NCBI RefSeq assembly: GCF_009914755.1
Contig: NC_060926.1
Length of the DNA stretch: 64,000 nt
From: the human T2T-CHM13v2.0 reference genome, Homo sapiens
Strand: one strand, 5' to 3'
Of this stretch, positions 51,837-64,000 are shown piece by piece (position 1 is the stretch's first letter; the number at the start of each line of letters is the position of its first letter). The translations under genes and the position numbers were made by a program. The notes below the pieces were generated by a model. The model saw nothing but the letters and a program-made list of their open reading frames with translations, had not been told where the DNA came from and searched no databases.

Positions 51837-52955
51837 CATAGAGGTTTTGATTTGCATTTCTCTAATTTCTAATGATGTTGAGCATTTTTTAATGTACCAT
51901 GTTGGCCATTTATATATCTTCATTGGAGAAATATCTATTCAAATCCTTTGCCCATTTTTAAATTGGGTTATCTTTTTGTTATATACACTGAATACTACTC
52001 TTATCAGAAATATCATTTGCAAATATTTTTTCCCTTTCTGTAGGCTGTCTTTTGCTTTCTTGATGGTGTCCTTTGAAACACAGTTTTTAATTTTGAAGAA
52101 GTCCAAATTATCTACTTTTTCTTTTATAGCTTGTGCTTTTGGCATTATCTAAGCATCCTTTGCCAAATTGAAGATTCAGACCTGTTTTCTTCCAAGAGTT
52201 TTATAGCTTTAGATCTTACATTGTCTTTGATCCATTTTGAGTTAATTTTCGGATATGGTACATGGTTCCAACTTCATTCATTTGTGCTTCCCTTATAACT
52301 ATGGTGTCTTTTCTTGAACAGAAGTTTTAAAACTTAATCTCTTCCTTTCTGGTTTACTCTATGTGTTAACAAACCTTCCTATGTCAAAGTCATAAATATG
52401 TTCTCCTATATTTTCTTTTGAAGTTCTACTCTTCATTTTTAGATTTTTAATCTGTTGAGTACTTTCTGTGAATTATGTGTTATGGAATGAATTTTTTTCC
52501 ATTTAACCAGGTATGACCCAGTGTCATTTATTAATGAGTTCACTCTTTCTCTACTGATTAATGTAATATCTGTCACATTTCAGGAGAAGTATCTATGTAT
52601 ATATTTTTTTCAGGGCTCTTTATTCTGTTCTGCTACCTAATTGTTACCTGCACCAGTACTACACTCTTGTTTACTCTGGCTTCATAGTAAGTCTTAATAT
52701 GTGGCAAGACTTTATCTAACAGGTACTTTACCTAACAAGTACTTAAGGGGACAAGAACAAGTCCCCTCAACTTGTTCTTCCTCAAAATTGTTATTTTTGC
52801 TCCTCATTCTTACCATGTGAATTTTAGGATCAGCTTGCTATGCATTAAATTTGTAGATTATCTGGGGGACAACTGGTATCATTACAGTACTGAGTCTTTC
52901 CATCCCTGAACATAGTATATATTTCCATTTATTCAGATCTTCCTTGTGAATCTAA

Positions 52956-53266
<311 letters not shown>

Positions 53267-54089
53267 TAATTTTATGATTTTTTTTTTTTTTTTTTTTAAA
53301 AACAAAGGTCCTGTGTATCTTTAGTCAGGTTTATTTCCAGGTACTTTATGGTCTTATTTCTATAGTGAATGCAGTCTTTAAAAATATTATATATTCAATG
53401 GACTGTAACTGAGCACAGTAATGCTACCAATTTTTACAGGCTGATCTTTTATCCAATAGCTATAATGAACTTGCCAACTAGTTTAATATTATACAAATTT
53501 TCTTGGGTTTGCTATATAGATAATTATATTGACTACAAATAGGACAACTTTGTCTTGTCTATTCCTTTTCTGTCTTTTTGTATTGGGTAGTACTCGCTAT
53601 TAGAGTGAATAGAAGTGGTGATAGTGGTATTCTTTTCTAGTTTCTTAGTTTTGCTATAGTTTAACTATTATTATATCTCTTACAGACTTTTAGTAAATGT
53701 CCTTTATTAGGTTAAGAAAGTTCCCTTCTATTGCTTGTTTGCCCAACATTTTAAAGAAATTCATGAGTGAATGTTTAATTTTAAGAAAGCCTTTTTCTTG
53801 AGATTTTAACCTACTAAAGTAGAATACTACATTAAAACTTTAAAATGTCAAACCACATAAGAGTAAACATCATAAGATATATAGACATATGTTTTATTGT
53901 ATCATAAACTGATTTTTCATTGCCATTTCATTGATATCTGAGAATGTCTCATAGTTTTTTCTTTACTGTCGTTATGTAGTTTTGATAATGTATTCATACA
54001 ATCCTGATAAACTTGTTACCCTTCATGTCTCTATTCATTGTAACAATTTGCAAAAGAGTAACTGTTTCCTGAAGATTGGCAAAACTCAT

Positions 54090-54458
54090 TGTCACATGCT
54101 GTTTTCTGTTGCTATAACTAAATACCTGAGACTGGGTAATTCATAAAGAAATTTATTTACCACAGCTTTGGAGGCTAGAAGGTCAAGACAGGCAGGTGCA
54201 TCTGGTGAGGGCTTTCTTGCTGGTAGGGACTCTGCAGAGTCCTGACGCGGTGCAGGGCATCACATGGCAAGGGAACTACAGCATGTCAGCTCAGGTCTCT
54301 TTCTCTTTTTATAAAAACAGGCCTGACATCATGGGGGCCCCACCCCACCCTGATGACCTTATCTAATCCTAATTACCTCCACAGGCCCCACCTCCAATCA
54401 ATATATACAGATTAAACTTCCAATACATAAAATATGGGGACACATTGAAACCACAGCA
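54090..54458 (-). mobile_element. MST(B)-type MaLR solo LTR
   Basis: gttgctataactaaatacctgagactgggtaatt...ggggacacattgaaaccacagca. Confidence 0.85.
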
Positions 54459-54638
54459 TTCACAACACCTGGTCTATGCCGCAAGTCATTTGTTGAAATA
54501 CACTTTTGACTATTCATTTTTTAATGTTTTTTAACTTAGGACATTGATGCTACTCTTTTACATATTTTAAAGGTTATTTCATTACAGTTCTAAAACATTT
54601 TGAAGTGGATCTTAGTGTTCTTTCATGATTTAAAAAAC

Positions 54639-54876
54639 AGGCCTGGTACGGTGGCTCACGTATGTAATACCAGCAGTTTGGGAGGCCGAGGCAGGTAGAT
54701 CACTTGAGGCCAAGAGTTGGAGACCAGCCTAGCCATCATGGCAAAACCCTGTCTCTACTAAAAATATGAAGATTAGCCAAAAGTGGTGGCACAGTAATCT
54801 CAACTACTGGGGTGGCTGAGGCATGAGAATTGCTTGAACCTGGGAGGTGGAGGTTGCAGTGAGCCAAGATCACACC
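54639..54876 (+). mobile_element. AluS truncated at 3' end
   Basis: Stops after gagccaagatcacacc. Confidence 0.85.
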
Positions 54877-55142
54877 TAGTATGTGTGTTTCCTTTTCCCG
54901 TTGATCAGCCATGAGAACTTTTGTTATATCAATTTCTAATTCATTAATTCTGTTCCGTTACTTCCTTACATATTATTCTCTTAGGTGTATCACGTTATCT
55001 TTCTTCTTTCTTGGTTTGAAAGCTTAACTCATTCATTTTTAATTATTCCTATTTTTTCAAAAAATGTGTAAAACTGTAAACTTCTCTCTGCAAAATTTAT
55101 AGTTGAAACTTAATCCTCAAGGCAACAGTATTAAGATGTATA

Positions 55143-55403
55143 CAGCTGACCTCTGAACAACCCGTGGGTTAGACCTGCATAGATCCACTTATATGCAGAT
55201 TTTTTTCAACCAAATGAGGATCAAAAATACAGTATTTGTGGGATGTGAAACCCTTGCGTACTCAGGGCTGGCTTTTCGTATATATGGGTTCCACAGGGCC
55301 TATGCAAGTTTTGCAGGGCTGATGTGGCACTTAAGCGTGTGTGGATTTGGGTATCTGCAGGGAGTCCTAGAACCAATTCCCCACATATACTGAGGGATGA
55401 CTG
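55143..55403 (-). mobile_element. MER8 (Tigger-type MITE)
   Basis: cagctgacctctgaacaac...ccccacatatactgagggatgactg. Confidence 0.8.
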
Positions 55404-55452
55404 TGTACACACACATGCGCGCGCGCGCGCGCGCACACACACACACACACAC
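55402..55452. repeat. Alternating purine-pyrimidine tract with (GC)9 and (AC)n
   Basis: Direct reading; 51 nt of unbroken alternation. Confidence 0.95.
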
Positions 55453-55790
55453 TCTGTTGTCCCTTTTATCGGTGAGGGATTGATTACAGGATCCCATGCA
55501 GATACCAAAATCTAGGGATGTTCAAGTCCCTGATATAAAATGGTATATTTGCATATAACCTTCAGAGGATTCCCTATATTACTTCTATCTAATATAATGT
55601 ACGTTATGTAAAGAGTTGTTATACTTTATTGTTTAGGGTATTGTAATGTACCCTGATGTAATGTATTGTAATGTGCTCAACATTATGTTAGTACAGATAC
55701 AATTATGCTTATTTTTCCCCAAAAATATTTTCAATCCACAGTCGGTTGAATCCACAGAGGTGGAAGCCATGGATATGGAGGGCTAATTGA
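55453..55790 (+). mobile_element. MER2 (Tigger-type MITE)
   Basis: gataccaaaatctagggatgttcaagtccctgatataaaatgg...ggttgaatccacag...atggagggc. Confidence 0.8.
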
Positions 55791-55802
55791 GTGTGAGGGA
55801 AT

Positions 55803-55822
55803 GAGAGAGAGAGGGAGAGGGA

Positions 55823-55890
<68 letters not shown>
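55803..55890. repeat. Compound microsatellite (GA/GGGA)n-(GT)18
   Basis: Direct reading. Confidence 0.95.
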
Positions 55891-55895
<5 letters not shown>

Positions 55896-56285
55896 CAAAT
55901 GTGTTAGTCTAATCTTCTGTGGCCTAATCTTTTTTGTTTGATCTTTTAATTTCTGATGGAGACCTGTTAAAATTTCCTATGATAGCAATTTTTTTCATTT
56001 CTTATAATTCTGTCAGTTTCTACTTCTTATATTTTGAGGCTTTATAATCAGGTGCATACACATTAATGGCTGTTGTATCTTCATGATAGTATCCCTTTTA
56101 CTATTAGGAAGTGTTTCTCTTTTTTCCTCCTCAGTGCTTACTTTGTGTAATTTTATCAGTTAATTTGAATTAATATTGTTATACAGGTTTGATTAGTTTT
56201 TATGTTATGATATTTCATCCCTTTATCTTAAAATATTTCTGTGGTTCTGTTTTAAGAAAATCTTTTATAAGCTGCATAAAGTGGA

Positions 56286-56598
56286 TTTTATTTTTATTTA
56301 TTATTCATTTTTTTGAGACGGAGTCTTGCTCTGTCGCCCAGGCTGGAGTGCAGTGGCATGATCTAGGCTCACCGCAACTCCGCCTCCTGGCTTCAAGAAA
56401 TTCTCCTGCCTTAGACTCCTGTGTATCTGGGATTACAGGTGCACACCACCATGCCCAGCTAATTTTTGTATTTTTTTTTTAGTAGAGACCGGGTTTCACC
56501 ATGTTGGCCAGGCTGGTCTCAAACTCCTGACCTTGTGATCCACCCACCTCAGCCTCCCAAAGTGCTGGAATTACAGGCATGAGCCATTGCGCCAGGCC
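56286..56598 (-). mobile_element. AluS
   Basis: Full dimer; TSD taaagtg(g/a)attt. Confidence 0.9.
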
Positions 56599-56984
56599 TA
56601 AAGTGAATTTTTAAAAATCAAATATAATTACTCTCTTTAAATAGGCTGAGTTTCATCAGTTTATATATACTGAGTTACTAATGTAGTTGGATTTTTTTAT
56701 ATCATATCATTTTATCTTATCATTGTTTTTGTTTGCTTCATTCTTTCCTATTATCAGTGAAAATGATTTAAAAAATTACTATAGTTCCTTTTTCCCTATC
56801 TGTACATTATAAGCTACAGGTAGTATTTCTGTTCTTTTGGTGATTTTCGTACATGTTTTTAAAAATAAATACGGTTATCTATAAATTTTTCAAGTTATTC
56901 TTCTATCACAAATACAAGTCCACTTTACATACTGTATATTTTGTTACTAATACATAGAAATATAGTTTAGTCTTTCCAAGATGA

Positions 56985-57369
<385 letters not shown>

Positions 57370-58236
57370 TACATCTACCAATTTCTTTTTCACCATTAGT
57401 TCTTATATTTCTTGACTTCCCTTTGAGTAAAACTTTCCTTCTTGCTAAAGAACACCATCCAATGCATCTTATAATGAGTGTCTACAAGTAGTAAACGCTC
57501 TTGGTCATTGTATGTTTGAAATGGTTTTTATTCCTCACTTCTTCCTCATTTTTGATAAATTCAGGAATAACTTTACATAAAGTCTGCAATTTGATGACTT
57601 TTAACATATGTATACAATGCATTTCTGTAACCACCACCCAGATAAAGAAATAGAACATTTCTAGCACCTCAGAAATCTTCATGTTTCCCAGTCAACCACT
57701 ACTCTAATAATCTGTTTCCAAAGATACATGTTTCTGAACTTCCCATATATCAATATATATGTACTTTGAGTCTTATTATACTCAGTATTATGTTGCTGCT
57801 TTTATCAGCAGTTATTCTTTTTTATTGCCAGATAGCATTTTATTGTGTGAATATACCACTAATTTATCCCTTATGAATAAACCTACTGTGAACATTCTTC
57901 AATATGTCTTTCAGTCAACATAAGCACTCATTTTTGTTTGGTATATGCCCAAGAGTTAAAATGCTGGGTCACAGGGTACATTGTATACTTAGCTCTAGTA
58001 GATACACCAAACGGTTTTCCAAAGTGGCTGTACCAAATTACACCCTAGCCCCCACCAGCAAGTAGACTTCCAACTGCTCCATGGTTTCAAAATACATTTC
58101 CTTGATGAGTAACAATGCTGAGCATCTTTTTTGTGTGTGAAGTACCTACTTAAGTCTTTTGCCTATTTTCTGAAAAACAAAACAAAACAAAAAAACCCTG
58201 AAGTTTTAGTTATTGATTTGTAGGCATGTAGGAGTT

Positions 58237-58539
58237 ATTTTGTTTTTGGGTTGTTTTCTTTTCCAGACAGTCTCGCTCTGTCGCCCAGGCTGGAGTACAG
58301 TGGTGTGCTCTTGGCTCACTGCAACCTCTATCTCCCAAGTTCAAGCAATTCTGCCTCAGATTCTCGAGTAACCGGGATTGCAGGCATGCACCACTATGCC
58401 CACCTAATTTTGTATTTTTAATAGAGACAGGGTTTCACCATGTTGGCCAGGCTCGTCTCAAACTCCTGACCTCAAGTGATCCACTGACCTCAGTCTCCCA
58501 AAGTGCTGGGATTACAGGCATGAGCTACCGTGCCCAGCC
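58237..58539 (-). mobile_element. AluS
   Basis: Full dimer; TSD aggagtt. Confidence 0.9.
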
Positions 58540-58903
58540 AGGAGTTCTTAATATACCCCAGATATGAGTCTTTCATTGGCTATGCATATTACAAATATTA
58601 TCTTCCAGTCTATAGCTTGCCTTTTCATTCTATTAATTTTGTCTTTTGATGAATGGATATTCTTACATCTAATGAAGTCCAGTTTATCAATTTTTTTCTT
58701 TCATGGTTAGTGCTTTTGTGTCCTGTTTAAGAAATCTTTGTGTATTTCACAGGTCATGAAGAACACTTATGCTTTCTTCTACAAACTTGATTATTTTAAA
58801 ATTTGTCCTCATTCTTGAATAATACTGTAGTTGGGTAGAAAATCCTATTCTACCTTAGTACTTTAAATATATTACTCAACTGACTGTTAACCTCTGTTGT
58901 TAA

Positions 58904-59949
<1,046 letters not shown>

Positions 59950-60959
59950 TAATTCTCGAAATCTCTGTCTTTTGATATCTAGAAATCTGCTCATTTCCTT
60001 TCCACCTATTTTTGTTTCACAATATCTTCTTTATAAATGGATCATATTCCTTCACTTATCTCTTTCAGCATCCTAAACTTCTTTTAAACTTTTTGTATGT
60101 CTATTATACAAAATCAATTTCATCTGGAATAAATTCATGTTGTAATTGTTGATTTTATTAATTACCATTCTGAGAATTAGAATTTGCCTTGTTTTTTGGA
60201 ATTCTGTATTATATGCTTCTTAGTGGGAGACTTAATGTTTTGTTTCCTTTTTTTCTCCCATTATGATCACTCTTCCAAACCAGAACCTGCTCTTAAAATG
60301 ACTTTGCGGGTTCAGGCTTCATATTGACTTAATATTGTGGGAAACTTTGTTAAGTTATTATTGTAAGGCAACGTTTTTGTCTCCCCATATCAAGTCCACA
60401 ACTTTTTAGAAAACTTTACTGTAGATACCAGGTTGGCAGATTTTCCCAGCATCCTGTTATAAGGAGGGACTTGAGCAAGAAATCTTGCTCTGGCTTTCAT
60501 GGAACACATTTGAAACAATTCATTGTCCTTAACAGCCTAAACACCCAGATACCAGAGTTCACTACCTTGAATGTCTATTCCATTCCTGATCTTGTTTTCA
60601 AGTCTAGTTATATATATATTCCACATTTTTCTTTTTATACTTTATTACTTATGTGTGTTTGGAGCAGGAATGGAAGGGCTGTGGTGATGCTTGAACTTAC
60701 CATTCTATTTTGCCTGAAAGTCTTAATTAAAAAAATATTTTACAAGCTCAATGCTGTATCATAATGAGTGGATTTTAGAGTGAGAACACAGCAAATGCTA
60801 GAAACCTCAGAATGACTCTTAATGCTAACTTATTAGGACTGACTCATGTTATTTTAGCATTTGAAATATCTGAGGAGTTAGTTACCTTTCTTTCTATCTC
60901 GTGGTATCTGAATCACCCAGGTCCTGGACCTTATTGTCCTATTTACCTCATTCCTATTC

Positions 60960-61395
60960 TAAATAATAATGCACTTATCACATACTGAGTAAGCTTACTA
61001 TGTGAAGGTAGATAGGTAAATATTTCAGATAGGTTATTTAATTTTTCACAAAAATCCTGAGATTACAGATTGAGTATCTCTTACCCAAAATGAAGTGTTT
61101 AAGATTTCAGATTTTGGATTATTTGTATTATACCTACTGCTTCAGCACCCCAAGTCTGAAAATCCCAAATCTGAAATGCTCCAATGAGCATTTCCTTTGA
61201 GCATCATGTTGGAATAGTTTCAGATTTTGGAGCATTTCATATTTGGGATTTTTGGATTAGGAATACTCAACCTGTATTATCGTTCTTATTTTACAAATAA
61301 AGATACGGAGGTTTAAAGAAATGAAATAACTTGCCACTGGTCACACAACTAATAAGCAGCAGAGCTTAGACTGGAACACAAGTAATCTGACCTCA
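60960..61395 (-). mobile_element. MIR interrupted by Tigger4a
   Basis: attttacaaataaagatacggagg...aacttgccactggtcacacaacta. Confidence 0.65.
61066..61275. mobile_element. Tigger4a/MER46-type MITE
   Basis: ta-cagattgagtatc...gaatactcaacctg-ta inverted termini. Confidence 0.82.
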
Positions 61396-61661
61396 GGTGC
61401 AAGTTCTGTGGTCTCTTACTTAATAGTCATTCATTGACATTTCTTAACGTTTTACAGTAGGCCATTGGGTGACAGCTGTAATACCTCCCCCCTTGGTGGT
61501 ATCTGTCTTTCTATAATTAACAAGAGACCACTTTTTCTGTTTGCTAAGATAACAGAAACATATGTTGACAATGACCCTATGAAAAAGGAGCAATAACAGA
61601 TAAATAGTCAACAATTAGTATCTATGACTTTAGCTGGAAAGAAGTAAGACTCTCAATTTTA

Positions 61662-61883
<222 letters not shown>

Positions 61884-62063
61884 TCAGTGAGGCTGTATTA
61901 TTATAATATTAAACAAATTTTGAGCCAATAAGTCATTTTATAATCACAAAATTTAACATGTCAGACACAGTGAAAAATTTTAATGACTTAGAAATATGAA
62001 TAAAGGACAATTCAAGAATTCCTTCTGCAAAGGTGTACAATTTGCAAATACATTTCTCTAGGT

Positions 62064-62830
62064 CAGTGGTCTTGTAACTTTCTGGTCTCAGGACTCCTTC
62101 ACACTCTTAAAAATTATTGAAGATTCTAAAAACCTTTTGTTTATAACTATGTATTTCAATGTTTACCATATTAGAAGTTAAAACCAAAAATTTCAAAAAA
62201 TATTTAATTCATTAAAAATAATAAACCCATTATGTGTTTAACATAAATAGCACTTTTATAAAAAGTAACCAAATTTTTTTTAAGCCATAACAAAAAACAT
62301 TTAGTAGAAGAATGGCAATGTTTTACATTTGCAAATCTCTAACATAGCGTACTAGAAGACAGCAGGATTTTCATATCTATTTCTGCATACAATCTGTTGT
62401 GACACATTATTTCAAAGTATACGAAAAATCTAGCTTTTCTGTGTAATTTTTTTATTGAGATAAAACTCACATACCATAAAATTCACTCATTAAAAGTGTA
62501 GTTACTAGTCAATGGTTTTCAATATTGGTTGTGCAGTCATCACCAGTATCAAATTCTAGAACATTTCATTACCACAAGAAGAAAACCTATGATTTTTTTG
62601 GAAGGTGGATACCTAAATACCCAGTAAAGTCACTCTCCATTCCTTTCCTCTCCCCAGTGCCTGACAACCACTAATCTACTTTGTCTCTATGGATTTGCCT
62701 ATTCTGGACTTTCCATATAAATAGAGTGACTATCCTTTTATGATACTATACTAAAATTCAACAAATGATAGTTTCTTAAGGGTTAGTTGCAATGTAGAAT
62801 CTGCAACCATATCCATTTTGTATTTAAATT
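62064..62830. mobile_element. Charlie1-family hAT fragment, interrupted by an L1MB-type 3' end (~62445-62725)
   Basis: cagtggtc...ggtctcaggactccttcacactcttaaaaattattgaag. Confidence 0.7.
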
Positions 62831-62874
62831 AAAATTGGTTACTATTATTTGATTTTTTTATCAGTGACTATATT

Positions 62875-64000
<1,126 letters not shown>

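Overview
This window is human (great-ape-type) genomic DNA from the interior of SOS1, the Ras/Rac guanine-nucleotide exchange factor Son of sevenless homolog 1, transcribed on the minus strand. I traced 15 consecutive coding exons by hand (exons 6-20 in the usual 23-exon numbering, 2626 nt, about residues 241-1116). All have GT-AG boundaries and splice into one open frame covering DH (part), PH, REM, CDC25 and the start of the C-terminal tail. The codons I checked at known Noonan/HGF1 positions read as the normal allele. The rest is intron: about 35 Alu pieces, old L1/L2/MIR fragments, two MaLR solo LTRs and several Tigger/hAT fossils. Nearly all other ORFs in the track are repeat-derived noise. 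I see no new multi-gene system. The best second-look items are (1) a TSD-flanked 80-bp insertion that looks like an orphan 3' transduction (8123-8234); (2) an AluJ whose right arm was replaced by a perfect AluYa5-type arm (57049-57369); (3) a 33-nt candidate poison exon with strong splice sites in intron 10 (27313-27345); (4) possible intronic polyadenylation after exon 20 giving a SOS1 without its GRB2-binding tail; (5) a three-arm Alu inside a single TSD next to exon 15; and (6) a head-to-head MER8/MER2 inverted repeat looping out a 51-bp Z-DNA tract. Repeat subfamily names come from recalled consensus sequences, and repeat boundaries are approximate.
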